DNA of 64,000 nt, from positions 661,584 through 725,583 of the forward strand of contig OZ242043.1 of NCBI GenBank assembly GCA_965205185.1. The letters run 5' to 3'. Below, piece by piece: positions 52,823 through 62,208 of this stretch. Origin of the DNA: Dehalococcoidia bacterium. Its GTDB lineage: Bacteria > Chloroflexota > Dehalococcoidia > Lucifugimonadales > UBA3495. The notes below the pieces were generated by a model, which was not told where the DNA came from, ran no database searches, and was given only the letters and a program-made list of their open reading frames with translations. A program made the position numbers and the translations under genes. The number at the start of each line of letters is the position of its first letter. The first letter of the stretch is position 1.

Positions 52823-53086
52823 TTAGGCTGGGGTGATGGGGTATACGCTGACGCGGCGGCGGCCTTTGGCGGCCCATTCGTATTTGACTTCGCCGTCGGT
52901 TAGGGCGAACAGGGTGTAGTCGCGGCCGAGGCCGACGTTATTGCCGGGGCGGATGCGGGTGCCGCGTTGGCGGACTAGGATGGAGCCGCCGGTTACGCGC
53001 TGTCCGCCGTAGCGTTTTACGCCGAGGCGTTTGGGGTTGCTGTCGCGTCCGTTGTTGGTGCTGCCGCCGGCTTTTTTGTGCGCCAT
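52823..53086 (-). CDS. rpmA: 50S ribosomal protein L27
   Basis: [24 protein letters not shown].. Confidence 0.95.
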   Translation of the reverse strand: MAHKKAGGSTNNGRDSNPKRLGVKRYGGQRVTGGSILVRQRGTRIRPGNNVGLGRDYTLFALTDGEVKYEWAAKGRRRVSVYPITPA

Positions 53087-53129
53087 TTTTTACCTGCCTT
53101 GGGGCCGTCCCCGGTTGGGGGGCGGCGGG

Positions 53130-53447
53130 TTAGGGGGTTAGGATGTCCTGGATGGTGATGCGGGTGTAGGATTGGCGGTGTCCGCGCTTGCGGCGGTAGC
53201 GGGTTTTGGCTTTGTATTTGTAGACCATTAGTTTGCGGTCTTGGTAGTGGGAGTTTATTTGGGCGCGGACGGCGGCGCCGGGGACGGTGGGGTTGCCCAG
53301 GGTTAGCTGGCCGTCTTGGGATACGGCGAGGACTTCGCCGAATACGGCTAGGGAGTCGGCGGGGTTGGGGAGGAGTTCGACGTCGAGGGTGTCGCCGGGC
53401 TGGACCCGGTATTGTTTGCCGCCGGTTTTGATGATTGCGTAGTTCAT
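53130..53447 (-). CDS. rplU: 50S ribosomal protein L21
   Basis: MNYAIIKTGGKQYRVQPGD.. Confidence 0.95.
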   Translation of the reverse strand: MNYAIIKTGGKQYRVQPGDTLDVELLPNPADSLAVFGEVLAVSQDGQLTLGNPTVPGAAVRAQINSHYQDRKLMVYKYKAKTRYRRKRGHRQSYTRITIQDILTP

Positions 53448-53467
53448 TGCTCAAACCTCGGTTGGGT

Positions 53468-53496
53468 ATTTTAGGGTAGGTTTGGGGGGTTGTCAA
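53468..53496 (-). promoter_or_regulatory. rplU-rpmA promoter
   Basis: On the minus strand: TTGACA (53496-53491), a 17-nt spacer and TAAAAT (53473-53468). Confidence 0.6.
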
Positions 53497-53707
53497 GGGG
53501 GTTGGGGGGGCAGTTGCGTTGGTGGCGCGGCGGCTTGGGTTGCGGGGGGGGGGGGGCGGCGCGACGTTCAGATCCAGGGTGCGGATTTGTTGCCGAAAGT
53601 TTATTATCGGCTCGTCAGGCATAGGGGTTGGGCTGGGATAGGGGTGACGGAGGGGGCGCGGGTGGGCGTCTGAATTCTCTCAGGGCATCTTGGGTTGCAG
53701 TTGCGGC

Positions 53708-54379
53708 CTATTTATTTCTTGTAGGCATACCTTTTGCTACTAGGAAACCTCCGGCTAGTATGCTCAGTCCGCCAAAGGTGAGTAGGTATTCGGGGATCTC
53801 CGACCCGGTCGCGGCGATGATCAGCATAGGAGCCGATGGGACTGCGATCAAGGTTATCCCCAGTTCCATTGCCCGGTTGCTCTTTTTTGGTCTTGCGTGT
53901 TGCCGTTCTTTTCTCATGGGTTGCTGTTGCCTCTGGCTTTCTCTCCGGGGATTGGTCGGTTGTGGTCTCGTTTGCTGGGGCTTGTTTGTGGTTTGTTGCT
54001 TGGGTCGTTCCGGTTTTGTTTGCTGGGGTTTGTTCGGGTTTGCCCGGTTTATTTTAGTGAACGCTTCTTTCAGCTCGTAGATGATGGAGGCATCCCGGTG
54101 GCTTTTTGAGTCTATTGCTACTTCGGGGTCCCAGTGCGACGAGTCGTTTCTGACCCTCCTGGCTGACTTCAGCTTCCTAAGGGTGATCCCATGAGGCTCC
54201 AGATCGCTTCTTACTTGTCCCCAGTTTTTTATGCAGTATTTGATTACCATGGCAGGGTCTGTTTGTATCCGGTATCTGTTCCCGGTTATTTTCTTGAGCG
54301 CGGGGTTGGCAGCGTCGATCATTTCCCCTAATGCTTTGTCTATGTGTACTTTGTTTTTGGTCGTTTTTTTCGCTGACAA
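53708..54379 (-). CDS. Swt1-like HEPN domain protein with basic linker and C-terminal TM helices
   Basis: LRKLKSARRVRNDSSHWD carries the RN-x3-H motif in the same context as the HEPN-TPR protein. A Q/P/K/R-rich linker is followed by two hydrophobic segments at the C-terminus. Lower GC. Confidence 0.5.
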   Translation of the reverse strand: MSAKKTTKNKVHIDKALGEMIDAANPALKKITGNRYRIQTDPAMVIKYCIKNWGQVRSDLEPHGITLRKLKSARRVRNDSSHWDPEVAIDSKSHRDASIIYELKEAFTKINRANPNKPQQTKPERPKQQTTNKPQQTRPQPTNPRRESQRQQQPMRKERQHARPKKSNRAMELGITLIAVPSAPMLIIAATGSEIPEYLLTFGGLSILAGGFLVAKGMPTRNK

Positions 54380-54458
54380 TTGAACCGCTCCGTGCGCTCG
54401 TATTGGGGTTGATATGCATCTTATGGAAGATGCATATCTTTTTCCGGGGAGGCGTCTC

Positions 54459-54650
54459 TTAGTGGCGGTGATGGTGCGAATGGCTGTGGTGGTGGGAGTG
54501 GCCTTGGCCTTTGTTCCGGTTCCCGTTTCCTGAGCGGTTGCCTTGGCGCTTTCGGTTCCGGTTGTTCTTTGGCTTGGGCTTCGCGGGGCCGAATATGTCC
54601 ATTTCGCCGTATTTCCTTGGCCCGAATATCTCGTTCCTTAGCCAGTTCAT
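54459..54650 (-). CDS. small basic, His-rich protein (63 aa)
   Basis: The ORF lies directly upstream of the HEPN-TM gene on the same strand. It has a low-complexity tail (GHSHHHSHSHHHRH). Coding status is uncertain. Confidence 0.25.
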   Translation of the reverse strand: MNWLRNEIFGPRKYGEMDIFGPAKPKPKNNRNRKRQGNRSGNGNRNKGQGHSHHHSHSHHHRH

Positions 54651-55201
54651 TTTGCCTCCTTTACTCCATTTCCTGTAGTCTTGGCATTTTAAGCGTATGA
54701 TAGATAATTTGTCTAGCCTTTTCGCAGGAATTTCGGAAATTCGATCTACCCGGGAAGTGATGCAGATCCCCGGCCGGTGAATAGAGGCTGGCGGGTTTTT
54801 GACTGTTCCGGCCTCTGATGGGGCTTGGTTCTACCGTTTTCCATCCGTAATGGGGTCACACGTTCTATCCGGTCGTCCCGTCTCTGCTTGTGGCGGACCG
54901 CAGGGCTGGAGTGCGGCTCGTGGTCCACGTGAGCATCGTGAACGCTGATGTTGCTTCCCCATTGTCTTACTACCGCCTGCTGAACAACATTGCCTGGACG
55001 GTAAGGCGGTTCTCGGTCGTTTTGCTGCCGGGCAGGGGGGATTACCGGGTCCAGACGGTTTTCGTGGGGGCTTTTGCCCGGATGGTGGTTGCCGTGGCTG
55101 ACGGGGACGTGGTGACGGAGTTGGACGTGGTTGGGCCGGAGGTGTTCGGTTACCGGGATTTGGTCTGCCGGGTGAGGGCGGCGACGGGGGCGAAGTGCGC
55201 G

Positions 55202-55940
55202 ATGTGGCCGGCGCCGCGGCGGGTTGCCTGGCTTGCGGCGGCGGCTTTGGGGCTGGTTTGGCGGGAAAATCTGTTGCCGGGGATTGAACTGGTGAATGGC
55301 GATTGCGTTGCGGTGTTGCCGGGGTTGCCGCCCGCGGACTTAATCCTCATCTCGCCGCCCTATGACAATCTGCGGGAATTTGGCGGATACAACGATGCCT
55401 TTGACTTTGACGCTATCGCCGCGGCTTGTGTTGGCAACCTTGCGCCGGGTGGGGTGCTGGTCTGGATTGTGGGTGACCAGATTATTGACGGCGGCGAAAC
55501 CGGGACATATTTCCGGCAGGCGTTGGGCTTTATGGGGTTGGGGTTGACGCTGCTCCGGACGATGATTTTCGAGCTTAATAAGTCCCGGCATGAAGTCCAT
55601 TCAGGGTATAACAAATCGTTCACATATATGTTCGTGCTATCCAATGGCAAGCCTAAAACGACGTATCCGCTGGCTGACCGCCCCAACAAATCAGCCGGAA
55701 TGTATCGCCCGAATGATCACAATTTGGGTAGAACCTTAGACCAGGAAGTGGGGCGGCGAACCGGGCGCAGTTTCGTGGTATCGGATTATGATATGCAAAC
55801 AGACATTTGGCGGTATCGCGGCGGCGGACATACAGACCCGGATTTTAAGGGCGCACATACGCATCCTGCGATATTTCCCTTGTGTCTTGCCCGTGACCAC
55901 ACCCTAAGCCGGACAGCCCCCAGCGGTTTAGTGATTGACC
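55202..55940 (+). pseudogene. beta-class DNA methyltransferase (SPPY motif), 3'-truncated; 5' part fused to an unrelated gene remnant
   Basis: GDCVAVLPGLPPADLILISPPYDN..HPAIFPLCLARD. The frame then ends at LVIDRFG exactly where an IS-type inverted repeat begins (55941). The AdoMet motif (DPFxGSGT) is missing. The upstream part of the frame (VVGPEVFGYRDLVCRVRAATG) looks like an epimerase C-terminal remnant. Confidence 0.55.
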
Positions 55941-56136
55941 GGTTCGGTTAAATTTGCTGGGTCGCTGGGGCAAACCGATTTGAGGATGCGCGACTATGGA
56001 TTGGATCTGCATCGCCAGCATTGTAGCGGCAGCGTACGTAGTGGACTTGACCATTGCCGGAGCGATGGTTTTCCTGTATTCCTTCCGTAGCCGGCAAAGG
56101 TTAGGCGATGGGCTACCCAGTAAGTTTAACGGAACC
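55941..56136. mobile_element. MITE-like element (196 bp) bounded by the same inverted repeats as the IS at 39880
   Basis: GGTTCGGTTAAATTTGCTGGGTC (55941-63) matches the IS left end at 21/23 positions. The inverted copy TACCCAGTAAGTTTAACGGAACC lies at 56114-36 (19/23). No clear target duplication. Confidence 0.5.
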
Positions 56137-56271
56137 CGCTCATCCTAGCGGGTTTACGCTAGATAAGCTCAGGGATGAATGGGTTTGCTATGGCGTTCTT
56201 TGCGTATTCTATGCCGGGCGAGGGGCGCGTGGGTGGGCGCCCCTGCGGTTGGGTGAGTGGGTTGCGGTTGC

Positions 56272-57786
56272 TTATAGGCCGGTTAGCTCCAGGGTTGCTA
56301 CTTGGCCGGTTTCTGGGTTGGTGGTGCGGATGGCGTGGTTGTTGGTGTCGGCGATGTAGATTTGGTTGTGGGCTATGCTTAGGCCGCTGGGTTCGGAGAA
56401 TTGGGCTTGGGTTGGGGGGCCGTCGGCGTGGCCGGGGGCGCCGTTGCCGGCCAGGGTGAAGGCGGAGCGGGTGCGGGGTAGGATGCGCTTGATTTTGTGG
56501 TTGTAGGTGTCGGCGATGTAGAGGATGCCGTCGTGGTGGGTTATGCCTATGGGGTGCTGTAGCCGGACGCGGAAATCGTCGCCGTCTACGTCGCCGAACT
56601 CGAACAGGCCGAGGCCGATTAGGGTGCGGACGGAGCCGTCGTTGCCGCCGCCTTGATGGGGGGGCAGGTCGGCGCTGCGGACGGCGCTGGTTTCGCTGTC
56701 GGCGAAGTAGAGGCGGGGGCCGTTGCCGCTGTCGCCTACGATGATGCCGCTGGGTTGGGCCAGGGCGGCGGTGGCTAGGGGGCCGTCGGTGATGGCTTCG
56801 CGGCCGCTGCCGGCGTAGGGGGCTACTTGGCCGGTTTTGAGTTCCAGGGCCCAAAGCTGGTGGATGCCGGCCATGGCGATGTATAGGGATCCTTGGTGCA
56901 GGGCTAGATCCCAGGGGGAGCTTAGGGCGGTGGCGCGTCCGGGGCCGCCGCGGCGCTCGTAGCCTTGCTGTCCGGTGCCGGCGAGGGTTGCCACTTGGCC
57001 GGATGGCAGGTCTACGCGGCGGATGGCGTGGTTTTCGGTGTCGGCTATGTAGAGGATATCGCCGTCGACCGCCATTCCTTGGGGGTGGTTGAAGGCGGCT
57101 TGCGACAGTGGGCCGTCGGCTAGGGCTTCCTCGCCGCTGCCGATTATTTGCCGGACGTCGCCGTCAAGGGATGCGACGATGATGCGGTTGTGGTTGGTGT
57201 CGGCGATGAACAGCCGTCCGCGCGGTGCGTCGGCCAGGACTTTGCCGGGGAAGCTGAGGGCGCTTTCGGGGGCCGGGGGCGGGGCGGTGGGCAGGGGGGA
57301 GCGGCGCAGGATGCCGGCGGCGTCGAATTCGGCTACCATTCCCGACAGCAGGTTGTCGAATTGGTCAAAGGTGAGTTCGCCCTCGTGTTTGCCGATGACC
57401 TTGCCCAAGGGGTCGATGAACATCAGGGTGGGCCAGGCGCGGCAGGAGTACTGTTGCCAGACGCGGAAATCGGCGTCGTTGATTACCGGGTGCTCCAGTT
57501 CGTAGCGGCGCACGGCGGCGGTGAGGCCGGCGGTTTCTTTTTCGGCGGGGAATTTGGCGGAGTGAACGCCGATGACTACCAGCTCGCTGGCGTATTGGCG
57601 CTCCAGTTTCCGCAACTGCGGAAATAGATGCATACAGTTGACTCAACAGTAGGTCCAGAAGTCGAGGATGACGATTTTGCCTTTCAGCTCGTCCATGGTT
57701 AGGGGGCGGTCGGTGTTGACCCATTCGAGGCCGGCGGGGAATTCGGGGGCGGCGGTTTGGCCGGCGTAGGAGCGGCTGGTGGTCAT
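56272..57786 (-). CDS. thioredoxin-like + NHL-repeat protein (NHLRC2-like) with in-frame TGA at the CxxC position (Sec candidate or pseudogene)
   Basis: ATG at 57786 after GGAGG. The N-terminal 47 codons are [23 protein letters not shown], followed by TGA (57645-57643) and then [14 protein letters not shown]. The frame continues into track ORF 56272..57633, which has NHL repeats ([16 protein letters not shown]). Confidence 0.8.
57607..57624 (-). promoter_or_regulatory. hairpin 18 nt downstream of the in-frame UGA (bacterial SECIS candidate)
   Basis: The RNA is UUUCCGC-AGUU-GCGGAAA, a perfect 7-bp stem. Its apical loop contains GU and starts 25 nt after the UGA. Confidence 0.45.
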
Positions 57787-57859
57787 TGGAACCTCCGGGT
57801 GGCCCTCGCCCTGGCCCTCTACTAGAGGGCCAGGGGATTTTATGGGGGCGGTTGGGGTT

Positions 57860-58585
57860 TTAGGGGGCGGGGGGTTGCAGGGTTTCGGCGAGGAAATCGC
57901 GGGTTCGGGCCCAGGCCATTTCGGCGGAGGGGCGGTGGTAGCGCTGGGGCATATAGCGGTTCATAAAGGCGTGGTCGGCACCGGGGTAGGCGTAGAATTG
58001 GTGGGGTTTGCCTAGACGGGTCAGCTCGTCGTCCAGGCGGCGCATATCGTCGGGGGAGGGGTTGGCGTCGATTTCGCCGAAGTGGAAAAGGATGGGGCAG
58101 TTGATGTTGGCGGTCAACTGGAAGGGGGATGTTTCGGCGTGGCCCCACGGGACGAATATATTGCCGCCGTAGTGGGGTACGGCGGCCTTGAAATGGGGGT
58201 TGGTGGCGGCGGCGAGCCAGACTACCCGCCCGCCCATGCAGAAGCCGGTGATGCCCAGCCGCCCGCGGTCTACCCGCTCGTGGGAGCGCAGGTAGTCGGT
58301 GGCGGCGTTTACGTCGGCGATGATGTCCGGGTCGCTGAGCTGGTCGCGCTTGCTGCGGCCGGTCTGCTCCACCATTTGGTCGGTGATGCGGTGAAAGAGG
58401 TCGGGGGCGGCGGCGGCGTAGCCCTCGGCGGCGAGGCGGTCGGCGTATTCCTGGACGAATTGGTCAACGCCGGGGGCGTGGTGAATGACGATCACCGCGG
58501 GGAAGGGGCCGTTTCCGTCGGGGAGGCTCAGGTAGAGGGGCATTTCCGAAGCGCCTACGGGTAGCTTGGGCCGGGATGCGGGCAT
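57860..58585 (-). CDS. dienelactone hydrolase family protein (copy 1)
   Basis: 241 aa with nucleophile elbow GFCMGG and the C-terminal GADHAF motif. Confidence 0.85.
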   Translation of the reverse strand: MPASRPKLPVGASEMPLYLSLPDGNGPFPAVIVIHHAPGVDQFVQEYADRLAAEGYAAAAPDLFHRITDQMVEQTGRSKRDQLSDPDIIADVNAATDYLRSHERVDRGRLGITGFCMGGRVVWLAAATNPHFKAAVPHYGGNIFVPWGHAETSPFQLTANINCPILFHFGEIDANPSPDDMRRLDDELTRLGKPHQFYAYPGADHAFMNRYMPQRYHRPSAEMAWARTRDFLAETLQPPAP

Positions 58586-58606
58586 TGGTTTTCTCCGTCG
58601 GGGCGG

Positions 58607-59470
58607 TTATTTTTCGTACCAGCCGGAGCCGATGATGAGGTTGTCGCGGCGGACTACCCAGGAATGTTTTTGTTCCTCGTTTCCGGTGGCGGGGTTGCGG
58701 TACATATAGCTGACCCATTGGCCGTAGGGGTCGGCGGCGTCGAAGTCGGCGCCGTAGTGGTAGCCGTTGATGTCGATCAGCTCGGCGTAGGTTAGGCCGA
58801 TGCGCTCGGGGCGGGTGGCGTGGGATACGATGCCTTCATCGTCGTCGATGATGAATATGTACCATTCGCCGTAGACGCTGTCTTGGGTGTTGTAGTATTC
58901 GACCACGGCGTCGCGGCCGATGGCGTCGTAGCGGCGGGCGGCTTCGGCGACGAATGCCTGGGTGTAGGCGGGGGATGCGTCGGGGCCTTCGTACCAGCCG
59001 GAGCCGAAAACCAGCCCGTCGTGGCGCATTACCCAGGAATGCTTGCGTTCCTCTTGGCCGGTGTCGGGGTTGCGGTAGGTGTAGACGACCCAGTCGCCGG
59101 CTTCGGGGGCGTTGGCGATGTCGGCGCCGTAGTTGTGTCCGTCCTCGCCGGTCAGGCCGGGGAGTTGGGCGACGGGTTGGCCCAGGTTTTCGGGGCGGGG
59201 GGCGCTGGCGATGACGATGCCGTTTTCGTCGATGATGAACACGTACCAGGGGCCGTCGGTGGATTCTTGGCTGTTGTAGCGGGCGATGGCGGCGTCGCGG
59301 CCTTGCTGCTGGTAGAGGAAAATGGCGTCGGCGACGCGGGATTGGGCTTCGACGGCGGGGCTTTGCGGGGTTTCCCACATTAGTTCGGGGCCGGCCATTC
59401 CCATCATTCCCGGCCCGGCAAAGGCCGACAGGAGTAGCCCGATCAGGGATAGAAACAGTCCGATGATCAT
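58607..59470 (-). CDS. secreted/membrane-anchored protein with two tandem single-Cache (sCache_2-like) domains, no output domain
   Basis: N-terminal TM segment. Two repeats follow the pattern WYVFIID..G..I......P...G......D..G..YG......G.WV.Y.YRNP.TG.EE.KHSWV...D.L..GSGWYE. Confidence 0.6.
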   Translation of the reverse strand: MIIGLFLSLIGLLLSAFAGPGMMGMAGPELMWETPQSPAVEAQSRVADAIFLYQQQGRDAAIARYNSQESTDGPWYVFIIDENGIVIASAPRPENLGQPVAQLPGLTGEDGHNYGADIANAPEAGDWVVYTYRNPDTGQEERKHSWVMRHDGLVFGSGWYEGPDASPAYTQAFVAEAARRYDAIGRDAVVEYYNTQDSVYGEWYIFIIDDDEGIVSHATRPERIGLTYAELIDINGYHYGADFDAADPYGQWVSYMYRNPATGNEEQKHSWVVRRDNLIIGSGWYEK

Positions 59471-59524
59471 TCTGATGCATCCTTTTCGGAAATTCGCGGG
59501 GGTTTGCGGATCCTGAGTTTTTGG

Positions 59525-59565
59525 CCCATCCCCCGAATCGGATGGTGCGCGGTTCGGGGGATGGG
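59525..59565 (-). terminator. 13-bp inverted repeat downstream of dienelactone hydrolase copy 2
   Basis: CCCATCCCCCGAA..15 nt..TTCGGGGGATGGG. There is no clear U-tract on the minus strand. Confidence 0.35.
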
Positions 59566-59589
59566 ATCTATGGATTTCCCGGTTTCTTG

Positions 59590-60324
59590 TTAGGCGGCTA
59601 CCGGGGCGGCCTTGAGGTGGCGGTCAAAGAATTCGATGGTGCGGGGCCAAGCGGCGGCGGCGGCTTCGGGGTGGTAGCGGTCGGGGTTGTTGAAGTCCAT
59701 AAAGGCGTGGTTGGCGCCTTCGTAGGTATGGAATTCGTGGGGTTTGCCCAAGCGGGTTAGCTCGGCGGCCAGCTTGTCGCGGTCGGCGAGGGAGGGGTTG
59801 GCGTCGATGGAGCCGAAATGGAACAGCATAGGGCAGTTGATGTTGGCGGTCAGGTCAAAGGGGGTCTGCTGGCCGCTACCCCAGATGCCCATAATGTTGC
59901 CGCCGTAGAAGGGGGCGGTGGCCTTGAATATGGGGTTGACGGCGGCCATCAGCCAGGCGATGCGCCCGCCCATACAGAAGCCGGTTACGCCGATGCGGTC
60001 GCGGTCGACGTGGGGGTTGGCGACTAGGAAATCGACGGCGGCGTTCATATCGGCGATGATGTCGGGGTCGTTGAGGTGGTTGAGACGGTCCAGGCGGGGG
60101 CCGTCCAGCACTTCCTGCGGGAAACGGTGGAACAGGTCGGGAACTACGGCGACGTAGCCGGCTTCGGCGAGGCGGTCGGCCATAGTCTTATCGAATTCGT
60201 CCAGCCCGCCGACGTGAAAGGCGATTACTATGGCGGGGTGGGGGGCGGAGCCGCCGCTGGGGACTGCGGCGTACAGATCCATTTCCGAACCGTTGACGGT
60301 TAGCTTGTCGGTGAAGGATGGCAT
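59590..60324 (-). CDS. dienelactone hydrolase family protein (copy 2)
   Basis: ATG at 60324 (MPSFTDKLTVNG). It has GFCMGG and GANHAF and is a paralogue of copy 1. Confidence 0.85.
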   Translation of the reverse strand: MPSFTDKLTVNGSEMDLYAAVPSGGSAPHPAIVIAFHVGGLDEFDKTMADRLAEAGYVAVVPDLFHRFPQEVLDGPRLDRLNHLNDPDIIADMNAAVDFLVANPHVDRDRIGVTGFCMGGRIAWLMAAVNPIFKATAPFYGGNIMGIWGSGQQTPFDLTANINCPMLFHFGSIDANPSLADRDKLAAELTRLGKPHEFHTYEGANHAFMDFNNPDRYHPEAAAAAWPRTIEFFDRHLKAAPVAA

Positions 60325-60451
60325 ATCAAACGCTCCGTGGGGTTGTTTCGCGCTGCGGGGTCGTTCTTGGTACGAGGGCAGGCGATGGGTGTATTTTAAC
60401 AGATATGGGGCGGGCGCGGGGCGCGGCGTTGGCGGTTGGGGGGATCCGGCC

Positions 60452-60650
60452 ATCCTTCGACAAGCTCAGGATGAGTATGGGGCGAGATCGGGATGAGTAT
60501 GGGGCAAGATCGGGATGAGTATGGGGCAAGATCGGGATGAATATGGGGCGGGCGGGGGAATCCCGGCCATCCTTCGACAAGCTCAGGATGAATATAGGGC
60601 AAGATCGGGATGAATATGGGGCAAGCTCAGGGTGAATATAGGGCGGCCGG
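60452..60650. repeat. family-2 elements plus ~7 copies of a 22-bp tandem unit GATGAGTATGGGGCAAGATCGG
   Basis: Tandem units start at 60470, 60492, 60514 and 60536. After a family-2 element (60567-60595), further units start at 60587, 60609 and 60631 and become increasingly degenerate. Confidence 0.8.
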
Positions 60651-60703
60651 GGGGATCCCCCCCGGCGGCGTGGGTGCGGGTTTATGGCGGCGCGGGTGGG
60701 GGG

Positions 60704-62038
60704 TTAGATTAGGCCCTCGGCGCGGACGGCGGACATTGTGTTGCCGAAGGTTTCGATGGTTTGGTCGATGTCGGCTTCGGTGTGGGTAGCGGATACTAGG
60801 AAAGCGTCGCGGCCCATAATGTCGACGCCGCGGTTTTGGAGGCCGCGTTTCATGGCGGTTACGGCGGGGGATGCGGTGATGTCGGCGATTTCGGAGTGGG
60901 CCATAGTGCAGATTTCGCGGTCGCAGTCGCAGTCGGCGAGGACGATGTGGATCATAGAGGCGATGCCGTGGGCGTGGCCGGGGATTTCGAGGCGGCCCAA
61001 GATTTCGTTGATGCCGGACTTGAGGCGGGCGGCCATGGCGTCGGCCTGCTGGTTGATGGGCTGGGCGGCGATCAGTTCCAGGGCGGCGGCGCCGGCGGCG
61101 GCGGATAGGGGGTTGGCGTTGAAGGTGCCGGGGTGGTAGACGCGATGGGAGTTGTCCCATTCGGGGTCGCCGCGGTGGGCGATCAGATCGATGATGTCGG
61201 CTTTGCCGCCGACGGCGCCGCCGGGGAGTCCGCCGGCGACGATTTTCGCCATCGTGGTGAGGTCGGGGTCGATGCCGTAGCGCACTTGCGCCCCGCCGGG
61301 GGAGGCGCGGAATCCGGTTACTACTTCATCGAAAATGAGGATGACTTCGTAGTGGGCGGTTATCTGGCGCAGTCCGCTCAGGTAGGCGGGGATGTCGTAG
61401 GTTAGCTGGCCGTAGTGGGCGCCGGTGGGTTCGAGGATCAAGGCGGCGATGTTGTGGTTTTTGGATAGCACGTCCTCTACGGCGGCTAGGTCGCCGGGGG
61501 GGACTACCACCATCGTGCCCATGGCGGCTTCGGGGATGCCGGGGGCGGAGCGGTCGGAGCCGGCCATGGCGTAGTCGTGCCAGCCGTGGAAGTGGTCCTG
61601 GAGTTTGATTACCTGGTCTTTGCCGGTGTAGGCGCGGGCGAGGCGCATCGCCATTAGGGTGGCTTCGGTGCCGGAGCTGTGGAAGCGGAGTTTTTCGATG
61701 GAGGGCATCAGGGCTTTGATGGCTTTGGCCCAGCGGAGTTCCTCGTCGGTGGAGGCGCCCAGGTGGGTGCCGCGTTGGATTTGGCGGGCGACGGCGTCGG
61801 CGATGGCGGGGTGGGAATGGCCCAGCAATAGGGCGCCGTGGCCGGAGACGTAGTCGACATATTCGTTGCCGTCGACATCCCATTTGCGGGGGCCTTGGCC
61901 GTGGGTCATATATAGGGGGAAGGGGGTGGCGTAGCGGGTGTCGTGGGTGACGCCGCCGGGGAATATGGCGATGCTTTCGCGGTAGCGTTGGGCGGAGCCG
62001 GGATGTTTGGCGGCGTATTCCTCAATAATGGTGGGCAT
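60704..62038 (-). CDS. class-III aminotransferase (glutamate-1-semialdehyde 2,1-aminomutase-like)
   Basis: ATG at 62038 after AGGAGG. It has FHSSGTEATLMAMRLARAYTG, DEVVTGFR and a Lys region (TMAKIVAGGLPGGA). Confidence 0.85.
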   Translation of the reverse strand: MPTIIEEYAAKHPGSAQRYRESIAIFPGGVTHDTRYATPFPLYMTHGQGPRKWDVDGNEYVDYVSGHGALLLGHSHPAIADAVARQIQRGTHLGASTDEELRWAKAIKALMPSIEKLRFHSSGTEATLMAMRLARAYTGKDQVIKLQDHFHGWHDYAMAGSDRSAPGIPEAAMGTMVVVPPGDLAAVEDVLSKNHNIAALILEPTGAHYGQLTYDIPAYLSGLRQITAHYEVILIFDEVVTGFRASPGGAQVRYGIDPDLTTMAKIVAGGLPGGAVGGKADIIDLIAHRGDPEWDNSHRVYHPGTFNANPLSAAAGAAALELIAAQPINQQADAMAARLKSGINEILGRLEIPGHAHGIASMIHIVLADCDCDREICTMAHSEIADITASPAVTAMKRGLQNRGVDIMGRDAFLVSATHTEADIDQTIETFGNTMSAVRAEGLI

Positions 62039-62208
62039 AATGCCTCCTGGCGGTTTGCGCGTCTTGTTCAGGTTGGGGGTACGGGTTGCCATTGTAGCGG
62101 GCGGCGGCGGGTTGCGCTACGGCCGCGGCGGGGTTGGCGGGGTTTCCGCGGGGGATGGATCGCGGAAAGGGGCGCTATCCGGTGATTGGGCGTTGGTGAC
62201 CGGGGCGG

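Noticed and set aside
55941-56100. A frameshifted continuation of the methylase (FAGSLGQT.. as motif I) downstream of the stop
   Set aside because: The sequence after the stop begins with the terminal inverted repeat of an IS/MITE. The weak FAGS similarity is therefore probably fortuitous, and truncation by the element explains the data better.
55996-56148. A 50-aa hydrophobic ORF (MDWICIASIVAAAYVVDLTIAGAMVFLY..) inside the MITE-like element
   Set aside because: It lies inside and across the border of a mobile-element remnant, it lacks an RBS, and it runs into a repeat unit. Not supportable as a gene.
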